Under the pieces are notes generated by a model. The model did no database searches. It was given only the letters and a program-made list of their open reading frames with translations, and was not told the origin of the DNA. Source: an uncultured Ruficoccus sp. (GTDB lineage Bacteria; Verrucomicrobiota; Verrucomicrobiia; Opitutales; Cerasicoccaceae). Taken from it: a stretch of DNA of 64,000 nt. The stretch lies in assembly GCA_965140785.1 (NCBI GenBank), contig OZ223519.1:224001-288000 (forward strand). Reading direction: 5' to 3'. Within the stretch, counting starts at the first letter, position 1; each line of letters opens with the position of its first letter. Shown piece after piece: positions 28,461 through 37,693 of this stretch. The translations under genes were made by a program, and so were the position numbers.

Positions 28461-29483
28461 ATGATAGCAGCCTATTACGAGGGTAACAAAACCATGCGCG
28501 TGGGGGAGGGGGCCGTCGTGGCTCCCGGCCCCGGTGAAGTCCGCCTTGATGTCGCCTACTGCGGTATTTGCGGGACGGATACACATATCTACCACGGGGC
28601 GATGGACAAGCGGGTGAAAATGCCGCAGGTCATCGGGCACGAAGCTTCCGCCATCGTGGCCGAAGTGGGCGAGGGTGTGACGGACTTCCGGCCCGGAGAC
28701 GCCGTCGTCGTGCGCCCGCTGGACAACCGCGCAGAGACGCCCGCTGACCGTGGCTACAGCCACATTTGCAAAGATTTGAAATTTATCGGTATCGACTCGC
28801 CCGGCGCTTTTCAGAACTCCTGGACCGTCCCGGCCTTTACCCTGCACAAGGCGCCCGCCGGGACCGATCTGAAGCTGGCCGCCATGTGCGAGCCGCTCGC
28901 GGTGGCCTGCCACGACGTGCGCCTGGGCGAGGTCAAGCCGGGCGAGGTCGCCGTCGTCATGGGCGGCGGTCCCATCGGGATGCTCGTTGCACTGGTGGCC
29001 CGCGAGGCCGGGGCGCAGGTCATCCTCTCCGAGGTCAATCCCTTCCGCTTGAAGTTTGCTCGCGAACTGGGCATCGAGGCGGTGCATCCGGGCGAGACCG
29101 ACCTGGCCGCCCTCTGCGCGGAGAAGTCCGGCGGCAGCGGCGCGGACGTGGTCTTCGAAGTCTCCGGGGCCAAGGCCGCGGCGGCCTCCATGACCGACCT
29201 GCTCGCTATCCGCGGGCGTCTCGTCATCGTCGCCATTTACCCGCAACCGGTGGAGATTAATCTCTTCCACTTTTTCTGGAAGGAAATCCAGATGCGCGGC
29301 GCGCGCGTGTACGAGCCCGAAGACTACGAGAAGGCTCTCCGCCTCATCGCCGCGCAGGCGCTCCCGCTGGAGAAGCTCATCACCTTCGTCAAGCCGCTGG
29401 CCGAGCTGCCGCAGGCCTTCCGCGAACTGGACGAGAACCCGAACGCGATGAAGGTGTTGATCGATTGCCGCGCCGAGGCTTAA
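28461..29483 (+). CDS. Zn-dependent sugar(-acid) dehydrogenase (MDR family)
   Basis: CGICGTD, GHE, EPLAVA, GGGPIG motifs. Confidence 0.9.
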   Translation: MIAAYYEGNKTMRVGEGAVVAPGPGEVRLDVAYCGICGTDTHIYHGAMDKRVKMPQVIGHEASAIVAEVGEGVTDFRPGDAVVVRPLDNRAETPADRGYSHICKDLKFIGIDSPGAFQNSWTVPAFTLHKAPAGTDLKLAAMCEPLAVACHDVRLGEVKPGEVAVVMGGGPIGMLVALVAREAGAQVILSEVNPFRLKFARELGIEAVHPGETDLAALCAEKSGGSGADVVFEVSGAKAAAASMTDLLAIRGRLVIVAIYPQPVEINLFHFFWKEIQMRGARVYEPEDYEKALRLIAAQALPLEKLITFVKPLAELPQAFRELDENPNAMKVLIDCRAEA

Positions 29484-29501
29484 CCTCTACTCCCGTTTCC
29501 C

Positions 29502-30272
29502 ATGTCTATTGAAAAAATGTTTCGTCTGGACGGCAAGACCGCCCTCGTCACCGGCTGCAAACGCGGCATCGGCAAGGCCATCGCCGAAGGGCTGGCCGAG
29601 GCCGGGGCCGACATCATCGGCGTGAGCGCCTCGCTCGAGCCAACCGGCTCGGCGGTGGAGAAATCCGTCACCGAGATCGGAAGGAAGTTCAGCGGCTACG
29701 CGGCGGACTTCTCCGAGCGCAAGGCACTGTATTCATTTATTGATACGGTCAAAAAAGATCACCCGAAGATCGACATACTCGTCAACAACGCCGGGACGAT
29801 CCTGCGCAAGCCCGCCGCCGAGCACCCGGACGAGTACTGGGACAAGGTGATCGAGATCAACCTCAACGCGCAGTTCGTGCTCAGCCGCGAGATCGGCAAA
29901 GACATGGTGGCGCGTGGGAGCGGGAAGATCATTTTTACCGCCTCGCTGCTGACCTTCCAGGGGGGGATCACCGTGCCCGGCTATGCCGCCAGCAAGGGCG
30001 GGATCGGCCAACTGACCAAGGCCCTGGCCAACGAGTGGTCCGGCAAGGGCGTCAACGTCAACGCCATCGCCCCCGGCTACATCGCCACGGACAACACTGA
30101 GGCCTTGCGTAACGACCCGGTCCGCTCCGAGCAGATCCTGGCCCGCATCCCGGCTGGGCGCTGGGGTACGCCGGAGGATTTTAAAGGCCCGGCGATCTTT
30201 CTCGCCTCCGAGGCGGCCTCCTATGTCCACGGCGAGATCCTGACCGTTGATGGCGGCTGGATGGGCCGCTAG
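29502..30272 (+). CDS. kduD: 2-dehydro-3-deoxy-D-gluconate 5-dehydrogenase KduD-like SDR
   Basis: ASLLTFQGGITVPGYAASKGG, NVNAIAPGYIATDNT, RIPAGRWG, VDGGWMGR. Confidence 0.8.
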   Translation: MSIEKMFRLDGKTALVTGCKRGIGKAIAEGLAEAGADIIGVSASLEPTGSAVEKSVTEIGRKFSGYAADFSERKALYSFIDTVKKDHPKIDILVNNAGTILRKPAAEHPDEYWDKVIEINLNAQFVLSREIGKDMVARGSGKIIFTASLLTFQGGITVPGYAASKGGIGQLTKALANEWSGKGVNVNAIAPGYIATDNTEALRNDPVRSEQILARIPAGRWGTPEDFKGPAIFLASEAASYVHGEILTVDGGWMGR

Positions 30273-30369
30273 TCGCCGTAGCATCGTCTTGGACCCGTGA
30301 TCCTTGGGATCACAGCTGCCACCGCCAAGGCGCTGGTATGATTTCCGCCATAGGAAGTACGCTGAGTGG

Positions 30370-30588
30370 CTATCGCTCAGATGAGCGATTTGTATGAGGG
30401 TTGCGGTTGAGAACCACACAGCGGCTGGCGCACAGGACCAGCCGTTTCCTTGTGGACTGCATTTGCAACTGGCGTGGGTCGGCGACGCCTTGAATCCGGT
30501 GAGGTGTTGGGTGGGGCGGATAGTTTTGCAAAGCGGGCTTGTCGCTCGGCAAGTGAAAGAAGACGAGCTTGCGTAGGAGGGCGTTCAT
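30370..30588 (-). CDS. Putative small protein (72 aa) divergent from the MocR regulator
   Basis: ATG preceded by a C-rich leader like other starts here; fills the intergenic gap; no recognisable family. Confidence 0.35.
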   Translation of the reverse strand: MNALLRKLVFFHLPSDKPALQNYPPHPTPHRIQGVADPRQLQMQSTRKRLVLCASRCVVLNRNPHTNRSSER

Positions 30589-30641
30589 GGTGGGAGAGTA
30601 TGGCATAACTACCCAGCGGTGAAACAGAGGCAGGGGCGGGG

Positions 30642-30711
30642 AATATCGACCGGTACAGATGGGTAGAATGCATCTGTGCTGGTCGAATATTGAGAAAACT
30701 GTATCTGTACC
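30642..30711. promoter_or_regulatory. MocR-type operator: inverted repeat plus direct repeat of ATCTGT
   Basis: TCGACCGGTACAGATG (30646-30661) / CATCTGTGCTGGTCGA (30671-30686), 14/16; third half-site TATCTGTACC at 30702-30711. Confidence 0.6.
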
Positions 30712-30740
30712 TGTCTGGGAAATCTGCTAGAGTACTTCCC

Positions 30741-32225
30741 ATGTCGACTGAGACAGCCAGCGGGGAATACCTGTACGAGCGCATCGCCCGGCAGCTGGAT
30801 GTGCAGATCCAGGAGGGCGTTTTCCGGGTCGGGGAGCGCTTGCCGTCGGTGCGCCAACTGTGCGCGAGCGAGCGGGTCAGTCCGGCCAGTGCCATGCAGG
30901 CACTCTCCCTGCTGGAATCGCGTGGGCTGATCGAAGCCCGGCCCAAGTCCGGCTTTTTCGTGCGCAACCGGCGGGCGGACGCCGCACCGAGCCCGAAACC
31001 GACCAGCTGCAAACTCGAGCCGCACATCGTCGGCGTCTCCGGGGTGGTGGCACAGGTGTTTTATCAGGCCGGGGACGACAAGATGGTGCCGCTCGGGGCG
31101 GCCCTTCCGGACCCGCGCCTACTGCCTAACGAACGCCTCTCGCGCTGCCTGGCCCAGCTCGCTCGTTCCGAGCCCGAGTGCCTGGGACGCTACGACATTC
31201 AGGCGGCCCACCCGGAACTACTACGGCAGTTGGTGCGGCGGTTTGCCTCCTATGGCTGCCACGTCCCGCAAGAGGAGATCGTGGTGACTTTCGGGGCGAT
31301 GGAGGCGCTGAACCTGGCCATCCGGGCGGTGACGCGGCCCGGCGATATCGTGGCAGTCGAGTCGCCCTGCTATTTCGGCATCCTCGAGATTCTGGAAAGC
31401 CTCGGCCTGCGCGCCCTGCCGGTGCCCGGCACCTGCGAGGAGGGCATCGATCTGGGCCTGCTGGAGGACGCGATTGAGCGCCACCGGGTCAAGGCTCTCG
31501 TGCTGGTGCCCAGCTTCAACAATCCGAACGGAAGCTGCATGAGTGACGCCCACCGGGAGCGCTTGATAAACCTGCTGGCCGACCACGCGATCCCGCTGGT
31601 GGAGGACGATATTTACGGAGATATCCACTTCGGCCCCGAGCGACCGCGCCCGGTCAAGGCGCTCGACCGCGACGGGCTGGTCCTGTACTGCGGGTCCTTC
31701 TCCAAGACCCTCTCGCCCGGCCTGCGGGTAGGATGGGTGGCGGGGGGCCGTTACGCCGAGCAGGTGCAGCGGCTCAAGTACATCTCGACCATCACCACGC
31801 CGAGCATCAACCAACTCGCCATTGCGCGCTTTCTGGAGTCGGCGGCGATGGACCGGCACCTGCGCACGCTGCGGCAGGCCTTCCGCACGCAGGTGGCGCA
31901 GGTCAGCGAGGCGGTGCTGGAGTCGTTCCCGGCCGGGACGGCGCTCAGCCAGCCGGCGGGCGGCTTTTATCTGTGGGTGCAGTTGCCCGAGCGCGTGGAC
32001 GCACTCGAACTGCACCGCTTGGCCGCTGAGGAGAGCATTAACATCGCGCCCGGCCAGATATTCTGCCCGCACACGGACATCACCAATCGCATCCGCCTCA
32101 GCTGCGGTTATCCCTGCGACGAGCGTATCCGGAAATCAATACGCACGCTGGCCCGGCTTGTGCGCCAGCTTGAGTCCGGCAGCGTCAAGCCTTGTACACT
32201 AAAAAGGAAAACCCCTTCTGCCTGA
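30741..32225 (+). CDS. MocR/GabR (GntR HTH + PLP aminotransferase) regulator, YdcR-like
   Basis: GERLPSVRQL..ARPKSGFFV HTH; NNPNG, EDDIY, GSFSKTLSPGLRVGW. Confidence 0.92.
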   Translation: MSTETASGEYLYERIARQLDVQIQEGVFRVGERLPSVRQLCASERVSPASAMQALSLLESRGLIEARPKSGFFVRNRRADAAPSPKPTSCKLEPHIVGVSGVVAQVFYQAGDDKMVPLGAALPDPRLLPNERLSRCLAQLARSEPECLGRYDIQAAHPELLRQLVRRFASYGCHVPQEEIVVTFGAMEALNLAIRAVTRPGDIVAVESPCYFGILEILESLGLRALPVPGTCEEGIDLGLLEDAIERHRVKALVLVPSFNNPNGSCMSDAHRERLINLLADHAIPLVEDDIYGDIHFGPERPRPVKALDRDGLVLYCGSFSKTLSPGLRVGWVAGGRYAEQVQRLKYISTITTPSINQLAIARFLESAAMDRHLRTLRQAFRTQVAQVSEAVLESFPAGTALSQPAGGFYLWVQLPERVDALELHRLAAEESINIAPGQIFCPHTDITNRIRLSCGYPCDERIRKSIRTLARLVRQLESGSVKPCTLKRKTPSA

Positions 32226-32242
32226 GCGGAAGGGGGTTTTCC
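32206..32242. terminator. Bidirectional terminator between the MocR and ankyrin genes
   Basis: GGAAAACCCCTTCTGC-CTGA-GCGGAAGGGGGTTTTCC, preceded by AAAAA. Confidence 0.75.
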
Positions 32243-32275
32243 AGTAATGCGTGTGTGAGTCTTGGTTAATTTGGG

Positions 32276-32821
32276 TTAGTTTACTACGTGCTTGAGCAGG
32301 GAGCCTCCCAGCCCAAGAAAACGGTCTCGCAGCCGGAGCCTAGCTCCGCGGGCTTTCAGGTATTCAACCACGTCGCGTTGGCCGAACATGGCGGCGAAGG
32401 CGATAGGCGTCATCCCGCCGCCGTTGTCCGCCTCGGTGTCGGCGCCGTGCTCGACGAGGAGCTTGACCTGATCGAGGTATCCCTTGAAGCAGACGCCACC
32501 CAGCGGGGTTTGTCCGCGATCGTTGCGCCGGTCCACCTCCGCGCCCAGCTCGAGCAGCATTCGGGTGGTCTCCGTATTGCCGTTATAGCTGGCGAGCATG
32601 AGCAGGGACTGGCCCTTGTGGTCGCAGAGATTGACCGGCAGTCCCGCCTCGATCATGAGCCGCAGCATCTCGGTCTCGCCGTGGCGGGCGAAATCAAGCG
32701 CCTGTCGCTGAAGTTCGGCGTAGCGGGCTTCTTCGGCTTCGGTCAGCACGGTTTCAGCGGCAATGTTGCTCTCAGGCTGCATCTGACGGGAGGAATTTTT
32801 GTCTTCGTATTGGATTTCCAT
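32276..32821 (-). CDS. Ankyrin repeat protein (catalase-associated, AnkB-like)
   Basis: GQSLLMLASYNG, GQTPL..VCFKG and GMTPIAFAAMFG repeats; directly downstream of catalase; start may be 32782. Confidence 0.9.
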   Translation of the reverse strand: MEIQYEDKNSSRQMQPESNIAAETVLTEAEEARYAELQRQALDFARHGETEMLRLMIEAGLPVNLCDHKGQSLLMLASYNGNTETTRMLLELGAEVDRRNDRGQTPLGGVCFKGYLDQVKLLVEHGADTEADNGGGMTPIAFAAMFGQRDVVEYLKARGARLRLRDRFLGLGGSLLKHVVN

Positions 32822-32843
32822 GACAACTGACAGCAGAGGTGGC

Positions 32844-34292
32844 TCAGTCCGGAACGGGCAGACCGACGGCTTTGGCTACGCCCTCGCCGTAGGCGGGATC
32901 TACATGGGTGAAGAGCTCGATCTGGCGCAGCTTGATCTCGTCGGGAACGCCCTCCATGGCGGCGGCGATGTTGCCGAAGAGACGTTCGCGTTGTCCCTCG
33001 TCGAAGAGGTTAAAGAGGGCGCGGGGCTGCGAGAAGTCGTCGTTGCCTTCGCGGTGGTTGTAGCGGTCGGCGTCGCCGTCGATGCGCAGGGGCGGCTCGG
33101 CCACGGACGGGTCTTCCTGCGGTCCGTTCATGGAGTTGGGCTCGTAGTAGGCGTCCGGGTTCTCGTTAAAATTGTCGAAGAAACGCATGAGGCCGTCCTT
33201 GTGGTAGTGGTGGACGGGGCTCTTCGGGCGATTGACGGGCAGGGCCTCGTAGTGCGTGCCCAGGCGGTAGCGGTGCGCGTCGGCGTAGGAGAAGACGCGG
33301 GCCTGGAGCATCTTGTCCGGCGAGTAGCTGATGCCGGGCACGATGTTCGAGGGGGAGAAAGCCGCCAGCTCGATGTCGGTGAAGTAGTTCTGCGGGTTGC
33401 GGTTGAGCTCCAGCTCGCCGACTTCGATCAGCGGGTAGTCCCCGTGCGGCCAGACCTTGGTCAGGTCGAAGGGATTATAGGGCGTCTTTTCGGCGTCCTT
33501 CTCGGGCATGACCTGGATGAAGAGCTTCCATTTGGGGAACTTCTTGTTTTCGATCGCGCCGAACAGGGCCTCCTGGTAGCTCTCGCGCGTCTTGCCGATG
33601 AGCTCTTCGGACTGTTCGTTGGTGAAGTGCTTGTGCCCCTGCTGGGTCTTGAAATGGAATTTGATCCAGTAGCGCTCGCCCTTGTCGTTCCAGAAGCTGT
33701 AGGTGTGCGAGCCGTAGCCGTTCATGTGCATGGGCGAGATCGGGATGCCGCGGTCGCTCATAAGGATAGTGACCTGATGCAGGCTCTCGGGCGAGAGCGA
33801 CCAGAAGTCCCACATGGCGGTGGGGGAGCGCAGGTTCGTGCGCGGGTGGCGCTTCTGAGTGTGGATAAAGTCAGGGAACTTGTACGCGTCGCGCACGAAG
33901 AAGACCGGCGTGTTGTTACCTACGAGGTCCCAGTTGCCCTCATCGGTGTAGAACTTTAACGCGAAGCCGCGCACGTCGCGCTCGGCGTCGGCGGCCCCCA
34001 TTTCCCCGGCCACGGTGGAGAAGCGGGCCAGCATCTCGGTCTTTTTACCGACCTTGGAAAAGATGTTCGCGCGGGTGTACTGGGTGATGTCGTGAGTGAC
34101 GGTCAAGGTGCCGAAGGCCCCCCATCCCTTGGCGTGGACGACACGCTCGGGGATGCGCTCGCGGTTCTGGTGGGCGAGTTTTTCCAGCAGTTGGTAGTCC
34201 TGCATGAGCAGGGGGCCGCGTGCGCCCGCGGAGAGGGAGTTCTGGTTGTCGGCGATGGGATTGCCGGCGGTGGTAGTCAGTCGTTTGGCCAT
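32844..34292 (-). CDS. katA: Monofunctional heme catalase (small subunit)
   Basis: [44 protein letters not shown]. Confidence 0.97.
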   Translation of the reverse strand: MAKRLTTTAGNPIADNQNSLSAGARGPLLMQDYQLLEKLAHQNRERIPERVVHAKGWGAFGTLTVTHDITQYTRANIFSKVGKKTEMLARFSTVAGEMGAADAERDVRGFALKFYTDEGNWDLVGNNTPVFFVRDAYKFPDFIHTQKRHPRTNLRSPTAMWDFWSLSPESLHQVTILMSDRGIPISPMHMNGYGSHTYSFWNDKGERYWIKFHFKTQQGHKHFTNEQSEELIGKTRESYQEALFGAIENKKFPKWKLFIQVMPEKDAEKTPYNPFDLTKVWPHGDYPLIEVGELELNRNPQNYFTDIELAAFSPSNIVPGISYSPDKMLQARVFSYADAHRYRLGTHYEALPVNRPKSPVHHYHKDGLMRFFDNFNENPDAYYEPNSMNGPQEDPSVAEPPLRIDGDADRYNHREGNDDFSQPRALFNLFDEGQRERLFGNIAAAMEGVPDEIKLRQIELFTHVDPAYGEGVAKAVGLPVPD

Positions 34293-34374
34293 AGACGCTT
34301 AAGGGTTGAACATTCTTGTTCGTGAGCGGTGTTGGTTTCAGGTGTATCTTAGCGAAAAATCTTCCATTGGGGAA

Positions 34375-34411
34375 ATATATAGTTACTATACGCTCCATAG
34401 TTTAGGCCTAT
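34375..34411. promoter_or_regulatory. OxyR binding site
   Basis: ATAT-N7-CTAT-N7-ATAG-N7-CTAT; 15/16 match to the ATAG-N7-CTAT-N7-ATAG-N7-CTAT consensus. Confidence 0.8.
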
Positions 34412-34412
34412 C

Positions 34413-35306
34413 ATGGAAATGCATCAGCTACGTTACTTCGTGGAGCTGGCCCGGCAGGGGAATTTCTCGCGGGCGGCGTCGGCGTGCTACGTTTCCCAGC
34501 CCTCGCTGAGCCAGCAGATCATGAAACTGGAGGACGAGCTGGGGCAGCCGCTGCTCCACCGCACTCGCCGCGGGGCGCGACTGACGCACTTCGGCGAGGC
34601 CATGCTGCCGCGGGCGCGGCGCATCCTGCTGGAGGCCGAGTGCATCCGCGACGAGGCCCAGGCCCACAACGACGTAGCCTGCGGCAAGATCAACGTCGGG
34701 GCCATCCCGACGATTGCCCCGTTTCTGCTGCCGGCGCTGATGGGGCGCTGCCTGGCGAACTACCCGCGCATGCAGCTCTCGCTGGTCGAGGACACGACGA
34801 ACGACCTGGTGGCGGCCCTGCGCAACGGGCGGGTTGACTTCGCCCTGATGAGCCGACCCTATCCCTGGGAGAATGAGCTGGATTCGGTCACGCTCTGTGA
34901 GGACGAGTTGCTGGTCACCCTGGCCGAGAATCACCCCCTTAACAAGCGCCGCCGGATCAAGCTGGAGGAATTGGCCGAGTACCCGATGGTCGTGATGAAG
35001 GACATGCACTGCCTCGGGCGCCAAAGCATTTCCCTGTGCGAATCTTCGGGGCTGAGCCCGAAGGTCTCCATCGAGAGCTCGCAACTGGAAACAGTGGTGT
35101 CGCTGATCGAGGGCGGGTTGGGCTTTTCCTTTATCCCGAAAATGGCCGCCACGCAGATGACGCACCGCAGGGTCGGCTTTCACTCGGTCGCGCCCAAGCC
35201 TGTCAGCCGCGCCATCGTCCTGGCCTGGATGCGCGACACCAGCCTGACGCGTACCCAGAGTACCTTCCGTGACGAGGTGGAGGCATTCTGCCGGGAGCGG
35301 GGGTAG
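34413..35306 (+). CDS. oxyR: LysR family H2O2-sensing regulator OxyR
   Basis: LysR HTH (CYVSQPSLSQQI), IPTIAPFLLP, HCLGRQSISLC redox Cys pair; divergent from catalase. Confidence 0.85.
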   Translation: MEMHQLRYFVELARQGNFSRAASACYVSQPSLSQQIMKLEDELGQPLLHRTRRGARLTHFGEAMLPRARRILLEAECIRDEAQAHNDVACGKINVGAIPTIAPFLLPALMGRCLANYPRMQLSLVEDTTNDLVAALRNGRVDFALMSRPYPWENELDSVTLCEDELLVTLAENHPLNKRRRIKLEELAEYPMVVMKDMHCLGRQSISLCESSGLSPKVSIESSQLETVVSLIEGGLGFSFIPKMAATQMTHRRVGFHSVAPKPVSRAIVLAWMRDTSLTRTQSTFRDEVEAFCRERG

Positions 35307-35407
35307 TTGGGGGAACGGCAGCTTCGCCATGCTTTTTGTGTGAGTGTCACGATTCGCGGGTTGCGTTGGCCGGGGCGGGTGGTTGAAGCTCGCGGGCGCT
35401 TTTTGTT

Positions 35408-36283
35408 ATGAAACCGACTCTCCTTGTTCTCGCCGCTGGTATGGGTAGCCGCTATGGTGGCCTCAAGCAACTCGACCCCATGGGCCCGCAGGGGGAGACG
35501 CTGCTGGACTATTCGCTGCGCGATGCGCGGGCGGCGGGCTTCGAAAAGGTGGTCTTCGTCATCCGGCGCGAGTTCGCCGACGCCTTTCGGGCGGGGGTGG
35601 GGGACAAGGTGGCCGATGTCATGGAGGTCACTTACGCTTTTCAGGAACTGGGCGACCTGCCGGAGGGTTTCTCCGTGCCGGAGGGGCGGGTGAAGCCGTG
35701 GGGGACCGCTCACGCCATCCGCGCGGCCCGCGAGGGGGTGAGTGATCCTTTTATCGCCATCAACGCCGACGACTATTACGGGGCCGATGCCTATGCGCGT
35801 ATTTTAAACCACCTGCGCGGGCTCGACCCTTCTGACGCCAGCGAGCTGTGCATGGTCGGCTATCCGCTCAAAAACACGCTCTCGCCCCACGGGAGTGTCA
35901 ACCGCGGCATCTGCCGCCTCGACGGCGACCGGCTGCAAAGCGTGGAGGAGCACACGGACATCCGCGAGGAGGCCGACGGGAAAATCCGCGGCGAGAATCT
36001 GGCCGGCGTGCGGGTGGAGATTCCCGCCGAGGCGCCGGTCTCGATGAACTTCTGGGGCTTCACCCCGGCGCTCTTCGGTGTGTTGGAGGAGCATTTTACG
36101 TCGTTTTTGAAAGAACACGGGACGGAGGACAAATCCGAGTGCTACATCCCGACCGTGGTGGACGAGCTGATCCGCGCCGGACGCGCCCGCTGCACGGTCC
36201 TGCCGACGAGCGGGGAGTGGTTCGGCGTGACCTACCCGGCGGACAAGGCCCGCGTGCAGGAGAGACTGCTTGCGTTGAAGTGA
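35408..36283 (+). CDS. Sugar-phosphate nucleotidyltransferase family protein
   Basis: LAAGMGSRYGGLKQ, KPWGTAHA, INADDYYG, SMNFWGF, WFGVTYPAD. Confidence 0.88.
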   Translation: MKPTLLVLAAGMGSRYGGLKQLDPMGPQGETLLDYSLRDARAAGFEKVVFVIRREFADAFRAGVGDKVADVMEVTYAFQELGDLPEGFSVPEGRVKPWGTAHAIRAAREGVSDPFIAINADDYYGADAYARILNHLRGLDPSDASELCMVGYPLKNTLSPHGSVNRGICRLDGDRLQSVEEHTDIREEADGKIRGENLAGVRVEIPAEAPVSMNFWGFTPALFGVLEEHFTSFLKEHGTEDKSECYIPTVVDELIRAGRARCTVLPTSGEWFGVTYPADKARVQERLLALK

Positions 36284-36502
36284 GACGTCGCGTGTGGAGG
36301 CGGGGTTTTATCCGTCAGCCCGCGTGTCCGGGCTGGGGTGGAGAAGGGATGCTGTGTCTCCAGTCGGGTAACTTCCGTTTCCGGCAGTGCTAGCTGTGGG
36401 GGGAAAGCCTCAAAAATCCCTGTAACATCCGGTAAAAGGATAATTCGCGCTGGATATCAGGGATGAAGGCCGTTTGAGTGGGGCGATAACCCCTCTTGTT
36501 AT

Positions 36503-37600
36503 ATGGCAGAAAAAGCGGTTCTCGTTGATAAACTTCCTCCTGTAAGATCGAAAGCGGATGCCCCCGCGCCGGTAGAGGCGCAACAGGGTGAGTATAAAAC
36601 GTTACTCTCCGGTGACACGGCCCAGCCGGTCACGACCCACACGGAGGAGCCCGCGCCCGCCGAGGTGACGATCACGGCTTTTGACAAGCTGACGTATCAG
36701 TCCTTTCTGCTGGACCTGATCGTCTTCGGACTGATGGGGACGTTTTTCCTGGCCCAGGCCTTTCGCCGTCGCGCGCAGGTGCACTTCGGAGGGATGGTTG
36801 GCTTCGGGGTCTTCCTCTACGTGCTGGCGGCGAGCTTCTTCATCGCCAAGTCCGGGTACGCGGAGTTTCTCCGGGGCGAGTCTGAGTCCTATAATCTGCT
36901 CGTGCGGGGTGTGTGCTGGACGATTCTGGCGCCGTTTCTTTTCGTCATGCTCTCTCGGCTCATCCACGTGGCGAAAAAGGACCTGCCGGTGTACATCGTC
37001 ATGTTCGGTATGGCGGCGGGGCTGTTCTTTTTTATCGCGCTGTCGAACTTCGGGAGTATGCCGCAGGGCTTCCAGTTGGTGTTCGCACTTGGCTCCTTCA
37101 CCTGCTCGGCCAGCCTGATCGTGATGCTGTTCTTTACCTTGGGCTCCCTGCCCGAGGAGGACGTGCCGGAGAATCTGCGCCGCGGTGTGACCATCATCGT
37201 GTTGGTGATCGCCTGCGGCTGGTTTCTGTATCCGTTTCTCAACCTGCTCTCGCGCTTCCTGCCGAGCAGCTCGCTCTATCCATTCCTGCTTAACCTGGTG
37301 GACCTGGTAACGGTGGGGCTGATCGCGTACGGATTCTATCAGGGAGCCGGTCACCAGGCGGCCCGAATCGTGATGAAGCCCGCCTTCCGCAAGGCCCGGA
37401 TCGCCCCTTCCACCATGGAGGTGCAGGAGATTATCGAGGACGAGGAACCCGTGGCGAACGAGGACGCCGCCTACGTCAACGAGCCGAAGGAGGAGATTGC
37501 CGAGATGAAGGCCGACGGGGAATCCGAGAATCAAGCCGCCCGTCCCAAGCCGAAATTCCGCCGCCCGGCCAAGCGTATGCAAGACCCCGGCGACTCCTGA
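36503..37600 (+). CDS. 7-TM microbial rhodopsin-like protein lacking the Schiff-base lysine
   Basis: Seven hydrophobic segments; RGVCWTILAP matches RYIDWLLTVP, GWFLYP matches GWAIYP, NLVDLVTV matches NLADFVNK; charged N- and C-terminal tails. Confidence 0.7.
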   Translation: MAEKAVLVDKLPPVRSKADAPAPVEAQQGEYKTLLSGDTAQPVTTHTEEPAPAEVTITAFDKLTYQSFLLDLIVFGLMGTFFLAQAFRRRAQVHFGGMVGFGVFLYVLAASFFIAKSGYAEFLRGESESYNLLVRGVCWTILAPFLFVMLSRLIHVAKKDLPVYIVMFGMAAGLFFFIALSNFGSMPQGFQLVFALGSFTCSASLIVMLFFTLGSLPEEDVPENLRRGVTIIVLVIACGWFLYPFLNLLSRFLPSSSLYPFLLNLVDLVTVGLIAYGFYQGAGHQAARIVMKPAFRKARIAPSTMEVQEIIEDEEPVANEDAAYVNEPKEEIAEMKADGESENQAARPKPKFRRPAKRMQDPGDS

Positions 37601-37693
37601 CGCCCGGCCCGCGAACCGGACTGCCGGGTTGCAATCTCTCTCACCTTGTCTAAAGGAGTAGGGTTTATTCTCACCCAACTTCTCTCAATCCCT

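Noticed and set aside
32799..33959. 386-aa + strand ORF
   Set aside because: Antisense shadow of catalase
36464..36490. Sigma28-like promoter (TGAAG...GGCGATAAC) before the rhodopsin-like gene
   Set aside because: Spacer is one base short, both boxes have mismatches, and no motility genes are in the window
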